Source of the DNA: Bacteroidota bacterium
GTDB taxonomy: Bacteria; Bacteroidota; Bacteroidia; Palsa-965
NCBI GenBank assembly: GCA_021299855.1
Contig: JAJTEY010000003.1
Coordinates: 759 to 64,758, forward strand
Length of the DNA: 64,000 nucleotides
Direction: 5' to 3'
The position numbers and the translations under genes are program-made. The notes under the pieces were generated by a model that made no database searches, had not been told where the DNA came from, and worked only from the letters and a program-made list of their open reading frames with translations. Within the stretch, counting starts at the first letter, position 1; every line of letters starts with the position of its first letter. Of the stretch, positions 29,047-38,240 are shown one piece after another.

Positions 29047-30375
29047 CTAAAACTCAATCTCCTCTACAAAAGTTATCTGATGTTCTTTCAGTTCTTTCAA
29101 AATCGGTTCGTACAATTCTTTATGAACCGGAACTACAACTCCTCGTTTTGAAATTTTATTGTTTAATAACAAACGTACAGCAATTGCAGCCGGCAAACCA
29201 ACAGTTGCAGCCATGGCAGTTTCTGTTTGATTCTTTCCGATAACAACTAACGAAGAGCGGAGCGTTTGCTTTTTGTCATTAATGCTGTATTCGAAAATAT
29301 GATGCATCACAACCATATCCTTATCCGCGGCCTCTAACTTCCATTTGCGTTCAAGAAGTTCCTGCACAATTTGCGCCGGAGATGCGTGTTCCAGAGGTAT
29401 AAGGTCATTGCCCAGTAATCCTGTCCACAAAAGTTTCTGCATGGCCTGATCATCTTCTCTGATATGACACAATGCTGCAATTCGTTTTTGTAAAGAACCT
29501 TCGCCGGATGGAAGCAATGATTCAACAAACTCTGCATATGTCAACTTATTCGCATGCTGAATTTTGAACGAATCATCTGTTAATCCAATTGTAACCAGCA
29601 GATGCCAGGCTTTACAATATCCCGGATAACGTAACGTTCCGCGTAACATGGTTGGAATATTTTCAATACCGTAAACACTCCTGTACGACAGCGAATCCCT
29701 GTTCGCATAGGCATCAAATTCTCCATGATCTTTAACCGTTATCGTAGCGTGCGATGCAAACAAACGGCTGTATGGCAGATAACGCAATTTTCCATATTCA
29801 ATGTATTGTGCTGTCCCCTGCCCTGCTAATATTACATTTCGCGGATTCCAGGAAAACTTATAACCCCACGGATTGGTATTGGATTCCGGAGCTACCAAAC
29901 CGCCGCAGTAGGAATAAAATGCTGTTAGCTCCCCGCCCTGTGCTTCAATCTTGTAAATAATCTCCATCGCCGACATATGATCAATACCCGGATCAAGTCC
30001 AATTTCATTCAAGAGTAACACATCATTACGAATAGCTTCCTCATGCAATGCTTTCATTTCTTCTGAAACATACGAAGCTGTAACCAAATGCTTCTTCAGG
30101 CGAACACAATCTTTAGCCACAGCACCGTGCATAAAAGCAGGCAGCATAGAAATTACAACATCCGCACCCGAAATTTCCTGCTCTCGTTGTTGAGCGTCTT
30201 CTATATTGAAGTAAAATGCATCAGCAAACGGATGTTCGTTTGTTTTCTGTTGGGCGAGTTTAATGTCCATATCACCCACACGCACTTTCCATTGCTCCTG
30301 TTGAGCATGCGCTAGGAGGTAATTGATCAATACAGACGATGAACGTCCGGCCCCTATTACTAAAATTGTTTTCAT
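29047..30375 (-). CDS. saccharopine dehydrogenase family oxidoreductase
   Basis: 442 aa with an N-terminal Rossmann motif ILVIGAGRSS. Overall similarity to the bacterial saccharopine dehydrogenase-like family. Confidence 0.85.
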   Translation of the reverse strand: MKTILVIGAGRSSSVLINYLLAHAQQEQWKVRVGDMDIKLAQQKTNEHPFADAFYFNIEDAQQREQEISGADVVISMLPAFMHGAVAKDCVRLKKHLVTASYVSEEMKALHEEAIRNDVLLLNEIGLDPGIDHMSAMEIIYKIEAQGGELTAFYSYCGGLVAPESNTNPWGYKFSWNPRNVILAGQGTAQYIEYGKLRYLPYSRLFASHATITVKDHGEFDAYANRDSLSYRSVYGIENIPTMLRGTLRYPGYCKAWHLLVTIGLTDDSFKIQHANKLTYAEFVESLLPSGEGSLQKRIAALCHIREDDQAMQKLLWTGLLGNDLIPLEHASPAQIVQELLERKWKLEAADKDMVVMHHIFEYSINDKKQTLRSSLVVIGKNQTETAMAATVGLPAAIAVRLLLNNKISKRGVVVPVHKELYEPILKELKEHQITFVEEIEF

Positions 30376-30463
30376 CTACGCGAAATTAGGCAAGTATCTC
30401 TAAATACTATGCAGCAAATATCCCGTCTTCATCGGCAAATGGGGGAAACTGACCTGTTAAGGT

Positions 30464-30471
30464 TATATTTG
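30464..30471 (+). promoter_or_regulatory. putative -7 promoter box (TATATTTG) upstream of the DUF423 gene
   Basis: Exact TAnnTTTG match 28 nt upstream of the ATG at 30500. Confidence 0.35.
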
Positions 30472-30499
30472 AGTCAGTAAGTGATAAAACTTTGCAGAA

Positions 30500-30904
30500 A
30501 TGAAAGAAGGAATAATTGCAGGTGCCGTTTTAATAAGTTTATCAATCATTCTTGGAGCCTTTGCTGCTCATGGTTTGGAAAAACATCTCGATTCGGGTTT
30601 GATGACCGAACGTATGATGAAAAATTTTGAAACGGGCGCTCGTTACCAAATGTATGCGGGCATAGGAATGATTTTGATGGCCCTGTTGCAGGGATCTTTT
30701 CCTGCTCTCAACTTAACACCATGGACATATCGACTCTTGTTAGCAGGTACAATTCTGTTTTCCGGATCCTTGTATTTATTGAGTACTCGTGATGTTATTG
30801 GATTGCAATCGTGGAAATGGCTGGGACCGATAACACCACTTGGTGGATTATGCATGATAGCCGGATGGGGCTTATTTATCGTTCAAATCATTCGTAGCAA
30901 GTAA
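30500..30904 (+). CDS. DUF423 (YgdD/TMEM256-like) small membrane protein
   Basis: 134 aa with four TM segments and the motif GAFAAHGLEK. Confidence 0.8.
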   Translation: MKEGIIAGAVLISLSIILGAFAAHGLEKHLDSGLMTERMMKNFETGARYQMYAGIGMILMALLQGSFPALNLTPWTYRLLLAGTILFSGSLYLLSTRDVIGLQSWKWLGPITPLGGLCMIAGWGLFIVQIIRSK

Positions 30905-31023
30905 TTATTCAATCAAGATTGCGCGAATGAGACTCCTACACTGACATTATTCGTGATCGTGACCGAAGTCACCTATCTGCTTGTGTATTGTGCCGACCTT
31001 TGTTATGTTAAATTTCAACTGTT

Positions 31024-31338
31024 ATGTTCGGACTTCTGAAAAAACTACTGGGAATGAGCGTTCCCGAAGAAATACTAAAAGCAGATAACTTGATGGTTAT
31101 CGATGTGCGCACTCCTGGAGAATATAAATCGGGGCATATTCCGGGTTCAATTAACATCCCGCTCAACACACTGGATAGTCAGTTAAAGAAAATCGGGAAA
31201 GGACCTGTAGTGTTGTGTTGTGCATCCGGCACACGATCAGGAATGGGTGTGAGCACGCTTAAATCAAAAGGTTTAACACAAGTTTACAATGGAGGAAGCT
31301 GGACTTCTCTTCAACGTGACCTCGAAAAACTCGGATAA
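31024..31338 (+). CDS. single-domain rhodanese (sulfurtransferase)
   Basis: 104 aa. VIDVRTPGEYKSGHIPGSINIP and the active-site loop CASGTRS. No signal peptide. Confidence 0.85.
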   Translation: MFGLLKKLLGMSVPEEILKADNLMVIDVRTPGEYKSGHIPGSINIPLNTLDSQLKKIGKGPVVLCCASGTRSGMGVSTLKSKGLTQVYNGGSWTSLQRDLEKLG

Positions 31339-31340
31339 TT

Positions 31341-31637
31341 ATGTCAGACTTTAAAACACTTATCAATTCCGGTAAACCCGTATTGGTCGATTTCTTTGCA
31401 GAATGGTGCGGGCCATGTAAAGCCATGGCTCCGATATTGAACGACTTATCTTCTCGCGTTGGCGACAATGCACATATTCTGAAAGTAGACGTTGACAAGA
31501 ATCAACAGGCTGCAGCTGCATTTGGTATTCGCGCCGTGCCTACGCTATTGCTATTTAAAAATGGAGAAGTCGTGTGGCGCCACTCGGGAACGGCCGGTAC
31601 TAAGGAGTTACAGCAAATTATTGAATCGCATCAGTAA
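31341..31637 (+). CDS. trxA: thioredoxin
   Basis: 98 aa. The WCGPCK active site and AVPTLLLFKNG. Confidence 0.92.
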   Translation: MSDFKTLINSGKPVLVDFFAEWCGPCKAMAPILNDLSSRVGDNAHILKVDVDKNQQAAAAFGIRAVPTLLLFKNGEVVWRHSGTAGTKELQQIIESHQ

Positions 31638-31643
31638 TACCCG

Positions 31644-31651
31644 TAATTTTG
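31644..31651 (+). promoter_or_regulatory. putative -7 promoter box (TAATTTTG) 4 nt upstream of the ATG at 31656
   Basis: Exact TAnnTTTG match in the 18-nt trxA/fusion-gene spacer. Confidence 0.4.
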
Positions 31652-31655
31652 TACT

Positions 31656-32381
31656 ATGAAACAACTATTTCTTGCAATTCCGTTTGTAGCAATCGTATTG
31701 GTAGCCTGCGGACAGACGAATAAAGGCGGTTTAAACCAAACAGTTGCACCTGCACGCTTTCAGGCTTTGATTGATTCACTACCCAATGAACAGTTAGTGG
31801 ACGTGCGAACACCGGGAGAATTCAACGGTGGCTTCATTGCCAACGCCATGAATATGGATTGGAACGGCCCCGACTTCAAGATGCAAGCAGCGAACTTAAA
31901 AAAAGATCAACCCGTAATGGTCTATTGCTTAAGCGGTGGTCGCAGCGCATCGGCAGTTTCCTGGTTACGCGAAAACGGTTTTAAGCAAGTTATTGAATTG
32001 CAGGGCGGCGTAAGAAACTGGTCCAATTCAGGAATGGCATTGGTAACATCAGGAGCTACAGCAACGCCTAAAGCTACCGTAATCAGTACCGCAATGTATA
32101 ATGATACCATTAAAAGCGGCGTCGTTCTTGTAGATTTTACTGCGGTATGGTGTGGTCCGTGCAAAATTTTAGGTCCACGTTTGGATCAGCTGTCAGAAGA
32201 AATGAAAGGACAATTCACTTTGGTCAAAGTGGATGTAGACCGCGATTCAGAAGTTGCGAATTACATGAACATTAGTGCCATGCCGACCTTGGTTTTGTAT
32301 AAAGATGGTAAAGTGTTGTGGCGCAATGAAGGATTGGTGGAGAAAGAATTAGTTAAACAGAAGATTCAATCTGCTCTTTAA
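31656..32381 (+). CDS. exported lipoprotein: rhodanese-thioredoxin fusion
   Basis: Lipobox IVLVAC. Rhodanese half (VDVRTPGEFNGGFI, active-site loop CLSGGRS) and thioredoxin half (WCGPCK, MPTLVLYKDG). Confidence 0.8.
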   Translation: MKQLFLAIPFVAIVLVACGQTNKGGLNQTVAPARFQALIDSLPNEQLVDVRTPGEFNGGFIANAMNMDWNGPDFKMQAANLKKDQPVMVYCLSGGRSASAVSWLRENGFKQVIELQGGVRNWSNSGMALVTSGATATPKATVISTAMYNDTIKSGVVLVDFTAVWCGPCKILGPRLDQLSEEMKGQFTLVKVDVDRDSEVANYMNISAMPTLVLYKDGKVLWRNEGLVEKELVKQKIQSAL

Positions 32382-32392
32382 TATTTTTAGCC

Positions 32393-32830
32393 ATGCTGAA
32401 ATTTAAATATGCGATTGTAGGTGTAATTATTCTTGCCATCGCCACTTTTTCGTTCAGTTGGAAAACGTCGGTGAATGAAGGAAAAAACGAACACCGAATT
32501 GTGATTCAATTGACATCAGGAGATACAATGGTACACAAACAGTTAATGAAACAACTGAGCAATATCACAAGTGTGTCACCAACCACTAAGATTGAAGTAG
32601 TTTGTCACGGAGCCGGACTTGATATGATCACCGAAGGCAAAACTATTGTTAAAGAGAAGGTTCAGGCACACGCCGCAAAAGGGATTCAATTCAATGCATG
32701 TGAATTTTCATTGAAGGAACGCAAAGTTGAACGAAGCCTTATTTTGGAAGGCATGGGCTTTGTCCCGGCCGGCATCATTGAAATTGTGAAACGTCAGGAA
32801 GAAGGCTGGTCTTATATAAAAGCGGGATAG
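32393..32830 (+). CDS. DsrE/DsrF-like family protein with an N-terminal signal/anchor
   Basis: 145 aa. N-terminal hydrophobic segment, then HRIVIQLTSGD...IEVVCHGAGLDM...FNACEFSLKE, resembling the COG1416-type DsrE-like fold. Confidence 0.55.
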   Translation: MLKFKYAIVGVIILAIATFSFSWKTSVNEGKNEHRIVIQLTSGDTMVHKQLMKQLSNITSVSPTTKIEVVCHGAGLDMITEGKTIVKEKVQAHAAKGIQFNACEFSLKERKVERSLILEGMGFVPAGIIEIVKRQEEGWSYIKAG

Positions 32831-32901
32831 TATTTGTCGTTCTAAGCAAATGAATTAAGTATAATAACATCTCCAAAGCAGTTAAAATATTTACCGACAA
32901 C

Positions 32902-32932
32902 AAAAAAAGCGAACAAAAACTGTTCGCTTTTT
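32902..32932. terminator. bidirectional rho-independent terminator
   Basis: AAAAAAAGCGAACA-AAAAC-TGTTCGCTTTTT, located between convergent genes. Confidence 0.75.
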
Positions 32933-32952
32933 CATTATGTTAAAACTGGTAT

Positions 32953-33444
32953 TTACTTCTTCTTCTTGTCTTTCTGGCTTCCGACGAAATCGAAGTGGCG
33001 CTTCAGCTTGCCCTTCTTGGACAATTCAATAGAGCCTTCGATACCGTAACCATCAACAGTTCCAACAACTTTAACGGTTTCTTCCATTTTGTTGGTGAAC
33101 TCACCTTCAAACTCTACGTAAATCATATCAATATCTTCATTGTCATCACTGCCTTCCTGCGTGTAGACAGAATCTATCTTCAACTCAATCGGAATGGCAT
33201 CGGCTCCCATTTCCACCTTAGCAGTCTTTGATTTGAACTTTCCTCCTTTGAATGAAATTTCATCCTGATCGGGTTTTCCGGACTTGCCTTTTTTCACTTC
33301 CGTGGTAGTTACTTTATACAACTTGCCTTCCAATGAAGTGGTATCTTTTCCTTTAAATGCGAATGAGCACAACAATAGCGCGATGGCGCCTATCATAATT
33401 ACTCCTGAAAATGGTTTCATAGTTTTTGGTGTATTGGTGGACAA
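32953..33444 (-). CDS. hypothetical exported/anchored protein, K/E/D-rich
   Basis: 163-aa ORF with an N-terminal hydrophobic segment IMIGAIALLLCSFAF. I recognise no family. The start could instead be the ATG at 33420. Confidence 0.5.
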   Translation of the reverse strand: MSTNTPKTMKPFSGVIMIGAIALLLCSFAFKGKDTTSLEGKLYKVTTTEVKKGKSGKPDQDEISFKGGKFKSKTAKVEMGADAIPIELKIDSVYTQEGSDDNEDIDMIYVEFEGEFTNKMEETVKVVGTVDGYGIEGSIELSKKGKLKRHFDFVGSQKDKKKK

Positions 33445-33508
33445 ATTTAACTTTTCATTCCATATATCGAAAAAACTGTGCCGAAGTTCTTCTCCTTAAT
33501 GGTTATTG

Positions 33509-33516
33509 TAACTTTG
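33509..33516 (+). promoter_or_regulatory. putative -7 promoter box (TAACTTTG) 4 nt upstream of the rarA ATG
   Basis: Exact TAnnTTTG match. Confidence 0.4.
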
Positions 33517-33520
33517 TCGT

Positions 33521-34801
33521 ATGTTTAGTGCCCCTTTAGCGGAACGTCTGCGCCCCAAAACACTTGATCAATACATCGGTCAACAACACATCGTTGGCAC
33601 GGATGGGGTTATTCGTCGGGCATTAGAATCAGGGGCGCTGCACTCCATGCTTTTCTGGGGACCACCCGGTGTAGGGAAAACTACGTTGGCCAATATTATT
33701 TCCAATACGCTGAAACGTCCGTTTTACGCACTTAGCGCAATTAACTCGGGGGTAAAAGATATTCGGGAAGTGATTGACAAAGCGAAAGAGAACAGCCTGT
33801 TCAACACACAAACACCGGTTTTATTCATCGATGAAATTCACCGCTTCAGCAAAGCACAACAAGATTCTTTGTTAGGAGCAGTAGAAAAAGGCTGGATCAC
33901 ATTAATTGGCGCCACGACGGAGAATCCTTCGTTTGAAGTTATTCCTGCTTTGCTATCCAGATGTCAGGTGTACATTTTAAAAAAATTAAATGAACACGAT
34001 CTGGAAGCCTTGATGCAACAAGCTATTCAGGATGACGGCTACATTCGTTCTCGACACGTGCTAATACAGGAATACGAAGCGTTGTTCCGCATTTCCGGTG
34101 GTGATGCTCGTAAGTTATTAAACGTATTTGAACTGGTTGTCAAAAGTTTTCCTGCCGGTGCATCTTGCACAATTACCAACGATTATGTGATGCAGCAAGT
34201 ACAGCAAAATTTAGCGCTGTACGATAAATCGGGAGAACAGCATTATGACATCATCAGTGCAATGATTAAATCCGTTCGCGGTTCTGATCCTAACGGAGCG
34301 GTGTATTGGCTGGCACGCATGCTTGCAGGTGGTGAAGATCCCTTGTTTATTGCACGTCGTTTGATCATTTTAGCATCGGAAGATATCGGTAATGCCAATC
34401 CCAATGCGCTGTTAATGGCGACTAACTGCTTTCAGGCTGTAAATGTTATCGGTATGCCGGAATCACGCATTATTCTGAGCCAATGTGTAACCTATTTGGC
34501 CTGTAGCGCGAAGAGCAATGCGGCTTATGCTGCTATAGGCCAAGCGCTGGAAGCAGTTGAACAAACGGGAAATCAACCGGTACCTTTGCACTTACGAAAT
34601 GCGCCAACTACACTGATGAAAGACATTGGCTACGGTGCAGATTATCGTTACGCTCACGCCTATGATGGCAATTTTGTAGCACAAGAATTTCTACCGGAGG
34701 TACTTAGCGGGTCGGTGTTTTATGATCCGGGGCAAAATGCGCGTGAGCATGAACTGAGATCCTTCCTCAAATCACGTTGGAAGGATAAATACGGATATTG
34801 A
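33521..34801 (+). CDS. rarA: replication-associated recombination protein A (AAA+ ATPase, MgsA/RarA)
   Basis: Walker A GPPGVGKTT, Walker B FIDEIHRF, and the C-terminal MgsA domain (YDIISAMIKSVRGSDPNGAVYWLARML). Confidence 0.95.
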   Translation: MFSAPLAERLRPKTLDQYIGQQHIVGTDGVIRRALESGALHSMLFWGPPGVGKTTLANIISNTLKRPFYALSAINSGVKDIREVIDKAKENSLFNTQTPVLFIDEIHRFSKAQQDSLLGAVEKGWITLIGATTENPSFEVIPALLSRCQVYILKKLNEHDLEALMQQAIQDDGYIRSRHVLIQEYEALFRISGGDARKLLNVFELVVKSFPAGASCTITNDYVMQQVQQNLALYDKSGEQHYDIISAMIKSVRGSDPNGAVYWLARMLAGGEDPLFIARRLIILASEDIGNANPNALLMATNCFQAVNVIGMPESRIILSQCVTYLACSAKSNAAYAAIGQALEAVEQTGNQPVPLHLRNAPTTLMKDIGYGADYRYAHAYDGNFVAQEFLPEVLSGSVFYDPGQNAREHELRSFLKSRWKDKYGY

Positions 34802-35260
34802 TTACGGCAGATCTTCGTGATGTTCCACTTCTTGAGGAACATAGAAAGGTTCGTACACAAACATGTACACCAATCCGGTTATAAAACCGCCAATAGCCTG
34901 TTCTATCGCTTGCCAAACAATATCCATTACAATAAATTTCAACTCGAGTTCTTTATTGTATGTGACGCCAATAACTAAAGCCAAAACGTAAACGGCGACA
35001 CCGGTAATGACACCGGCAACCGGTCCACGAAGCAAGGGATGTCTGCCAACACGATCCAATTGGGGCGCAATAAATAATCGTCCCAATACAGCCCCTATCA
35101 TTAAATACGCCACGGCAGCCGCACTCAGAAAAATCCCTAACGGGTATTGAATCAACTGATAATCGTTCAGAAACAAACCGTGCCAGCAATACGACAAGCC
35201 GTACATCACGATTGCTGAAGCTAAAAGGGAAATAAAATAACGCTTGCCGTATTTGCGCAT
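34802..35260 (-). CDS. hypothetical integral membrane protein
   Basis: Four predicted TM segments. Start chosen at the ATG at 35260 (MRKYGKRYF...) because a -7 box lies 6 nt upstream. The ORF is open up to 35329. Confidence 0.5.
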   Translation of the reverse strand: MRKYGKRYFISLLASAIVMYGLSYCWHGLFLNDYQLIQYPLGIFLSAAAVAYLMIGAVLGRLFIAPQLDRVGRHPLLRGPVAGVITGVAVYVLALVIGVTYNKELELKFIVMDIVWQAIEQAIGGFITGLVYMFVYEPFYVPQEVEHHEDLP

Positions 35261-35266
35261 AAAACA

Positions 35267-35274
35267 CAAATTTA
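35267..35274 (-). promoter_or_regulatory. putative -7 promoter box (TAAATTTG on the minus strand) 6 nt upstream of the ATG at 35260
   Basis: The reverse complement of CAAATTTA is TAAATTTG. Confidence 0.4.
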
Positions 35275-35375
35275 ACGTGTTTCTGAAAAATAGGTTGCAT
35301 TTCATTCGGTTAACGCGTAAGATTTTCAAATAATGAGCCTTTACAACGACTTTGGATCACTTATCTTAGTATCCT

Positions 35376-36992
35376 ATGAAAACAAAAGGAATGTTGTGGA
35401 CATTAATACTGACTTGTGCAGTAATGTTCAATTCCTGTAAAAGAGAAACTCCGTGGTGGGAAATGGATATCACAACGCCTGTATTATCCGGATCATTATC
35501 ATTGAATAATCTTGCTACAGATTCGATACTTACGGCTGACGCAGATGGAACTGTGCGCGTAAGCTGGATTACCGAATTTCCCGGTTTATCGGATCCTGCA
35601 TTGTACGAAATTCCGGATACGTCTATCTTGTACAGCTACAACGTACCGTTCGGAAATTTCACGTTTAATCCGGGAGATTTTATTACACCGAATAACCTGG
35701 ATCAATCATCGCTCAATGTCTCCACCGTTCAGCTGGCCTCCGCAACTTTGCGTGGCGGAAAAATCTTAGCACGAATTCAAAATGACGTAACCCGCCGAAT
35801 TCTGGTGCGTTTCGAAATTCCCGGCGCTGTGCGTAATTCAGTTTCATTCGATACCACGTTTGTTGTTCCTGCCGCTCCATCCGGGAGTGTTTCAACCGTT
35901 CAGTTTGCAACTATTGACATGGCAGGTTATGTTATTGATTTTACCGGCGTTGCAGGAGATCGTGTTAATACCATCACAACTCGTTTTACAGCGCAAATTG
36001 ATCCGACAGAAACAGGAAGCGCATTAGTCACCAATGTTGATTCCGTCGCAATTTTAATGACTTATCAAGATTTGCAGCCGGAATACATTCGCGGGTATTT
36101 TGGTAATCAGATTCTGCAACTTGGCCCGGAAGAATCTACATTAAGTGCGTTTCAAAATATTGCGGGTGGCTCTCTCCTGCTCGATTCATTAACCATGACG
36201 CTTGATGTTAAGAATTATGTGGGAATGGACGCACGCATGACGATCAACAACATCTGGTCCCGCAATTCAACCACCAACAATTCTATATACCTCACACATC
36301 CGTTAATTGGCGCACCTGTAAATCTGACGCGTGCAACGTATTCTTTTGCGTGGCCTCCCGTTATTCCACAAACATATTCGTGGACGTTTAATAACTCCAA
36401 TTCAAATGTGAAAGCGCTCGCTGAAAATCTTCCAAATAATTTGGGATACGATATCAAATTGGAAACAAACCCTCTGGGAAACATTTCAGGCAATAATGAT
36501 TTCCTGTTTGTAGATTACAGTCTGGATGCCCAATTAAAGCTTGATTTACCTATGAAATTTGCTGCTAATGATATTCGATTAACCGATACTTTGACCACCA
36601 ATTTTGCCGACTTTAAAAATCGTGATCAAATACAAAAAGGGAAATTGTATTTGCATACGTGGAACTCGTTCCCGTTAAATGCCACAGTACAACTGTATTT
36701 GCTGGATGCAACAGGAAATATTACAGATTCACTTGCCGTGAGTAACAGTACCATACAGGCAGCTCCAACAACTAATGTAAATGGTTATTTAACCTCAACA
36801 GGAAACGCCAATTCACTTATTGCTTTTGATTTGAACGAGACGTTGACCAATCGTTTACTGTACACAGATCGAATGTTGATTCGTGTTCGTTTCGATTCCA
36901 ACAGTTATCCTCAACTGGTTCGGATTACAAATACGAATCGTATCGACTTCAAGATCACCACTGATTTTACTTATAGCACGAAAGCAGAATGA
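35376..36992 (+). CDS. hypothetical lipoprotein, 538 aa (first gene of a 3-gene operon)
   Basis: Lipobox VMFNSC. Beta-rich and N/T/S-rich, and I recognise no family. The stop overlaps the next ATG (ATGA). Confidence 0.55.
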   Translation: MKTKGMLWTLILTCAVMFNSCKRETPWWEMDITTPVLSGSLSLNNLATDSILTADADGTVRVSWITEFPGLSDPALYEIPDTSILYSYNVPFGNFTFNPGDFITPNNLDQSSLNVSTVQLASATLRGGKILARIQNDVTRRILVRFEIPGAVRNSVSFDTTFVVPAAPSGSVSTVQFATIDMAGYVIDFTGVAGDRVNTITTRFTAQIDPTETGSALVTNVDSVAILMTYQDLQPEYIRGYFGNQILQLGPEESTLSAFQNIAGGSLLLDSLTMTLDVKNYVGMDARMTINNIWSRNSTTNNSIYLTHPLIGAPVNLTRATYSFAWPPVIPQTYSWTFNNSNSNVKALAENLPNNLGYDIKLETNPLGNISGNNDFLFVDYSLDAQLKLDLPMKFAANDIRLTDTLTTNFADFKNRDQIQKGKLYLHTWNSFPLNATVQLYLLDATGNITDSLAVSNSTIQAAPTTNVNGYLTSTGNANSLIAFDLNETLTNRLLYTDRMLIRVRFDSNSYPQLVRITNTNRIDFKITTDFTYSTKAE

Positions 36993-38239
36993 TAAGAGCG
37001 ATATATTTAGGAGTAACTTTATTATTCACGGTACAACTTGTAGCGCAGGATCAACGTGCGGTTTGGGAGATTCCGACCTTACAAAACGATACTTCTAAGT
37101 ATTCCTGGTTATGCACGGCAGAGAGTAATTTTTTCGTCGGAAGCGCTTCACTGACTAATGGGTTCATCAATACGTTATACCTTGGAGGGTTTATTGACAA
37201 TGAAATGAAATCACGGCAGTATGATCGACTATCCGAAAAAAATGTCGTGGGTGCTGCAGCCGGAATGCGTTTCGGTGGTCAATGGCGAGATAAGAACAAA
37301 CCGGTAACACATATCACCTGGGCCGATCGTCGACTGATTTTTAATGGCAGTTTCCCTCCCGATGCGCTGCGTTTAGCAATGAACGGAAACCAACAGTTTA
37401 AAGGAGAAACAGCCAAATCAGACCGTACACGTTTCAACTATTTTTCCTTCACCACATTTGGTTACGGTCAGGAAAGATCAGTGTTCAACAATCGTATGCA
37501 AATTCAATGGAATGCCGGATTAATACTCGGTCACCAATACAGTTCGATACAACTGAACAAAGCCCGCATACACACCGACAATCTTGGACTTTTCGTAGAT
37601 ATGGATGTTGAAGGTACATTCCGCACTTCGGATACTGCTGCAAAGAAACTTACGGATATCCATGGAACAGGCATCACTACAGGTTTGCGCCTCAGCGGAA
37701 ATTGGGGAAGGAAAACAAAATTTGGTTGGTGGGCAGGCGTGCAGGATGCAGGAATTATCAGTTGGAACAACAAAGGCTACGTGTACAGTGTGGATACCAG
37801 CTACACCTTTACCGGCATTTTACTTCCCAACGATTTTTTAAATAGCGAAAACGTGATTGAAACTCCTGCAGCAGATTCATTTTACACCATTTCATCTGGC
37901 AGCACTTACACCGGCGTATTACCTTTAAATGCTTCGGGAGGTTTACAAGCGCGCTTCTCAAACGGCTGGTACAATGCTGTTCAAGTTTATTGGTGGAGCA
38001 CAAATCCCGAACAACCTATGATTCGTATTCACACCGGATGGATGGATAATACCGGAAAATTCAGTGCACTTTCAGGTATCAGTTATGGAGGATATGCTGC
38101 ATTACAGATTCCGGTATCATTGCGATTTACGCTATTAAAAAAAATCACCACGGGTATTCATTGCGATAATATTATGGCATTTGTCAGTGCTGAATCCACC
38201 GGGCAAGGAGCATTTGTTCAACTAGCATATCGATTCTAG
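36989..38239 (+). CDS. hypothetical secreted protein, probable outer-membrane beta-barrel
   Basis: Signal peptide ...FTVQLVAQ, alternating aromatic/glycine-rich strands, and a C-terminus ...FVQLAYRF with a terminal Phe as in OMP beta-signals. Confidence 0.5.
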   Translation: MIRAIYLGVTLLFTVQLVAQDQRAVWEIPTLQNDTSKYSWLCTAESNFFVGSASLTNGFINTLYLGGFIDNEMKSRQYDRLSEKNVVGAAAGMRFGGQWRDKNKPVTHITWADRRLIFNGSFPPDALRLAMNGNQQFKGETAKSDRTRFNYFSFTTFGYGQERSVFNNRMQIQWNAGLILGHQYSSIQLNKARIHTDNLGLFVDMDVEGTFRTSDTAAKKLTDIHGTGITTGLRLSGNWGRKTKFGWWAGVQDAGIISWNNKGYVYSVDTSYTFTGILLPNDFLNSENVIETPAADSFYTISSGSTYTGVLPLNASGGLQARFSNGWYNAVQVYWWSTNPEQPMIRIHTGWMDNTGKFSALSGISYGGYAALQIPVSLRFTLLKKITTGIHCDNIMAFVSAESTGQGAFVQLAYRF

Positions 38240-38240
38240 T

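Noticed and set aside
30959-30972. Inverted repeat GTGAC-CGAA-GTCAC upstream of the rhodanese/thioredoxin cluster, considered as a possible operator.
   Set aside because: The arms are only 5 bp and do not extend. Such repeats are expected by chance many times in 64 kb, and there is no adjacent regulator gene to support the idea.
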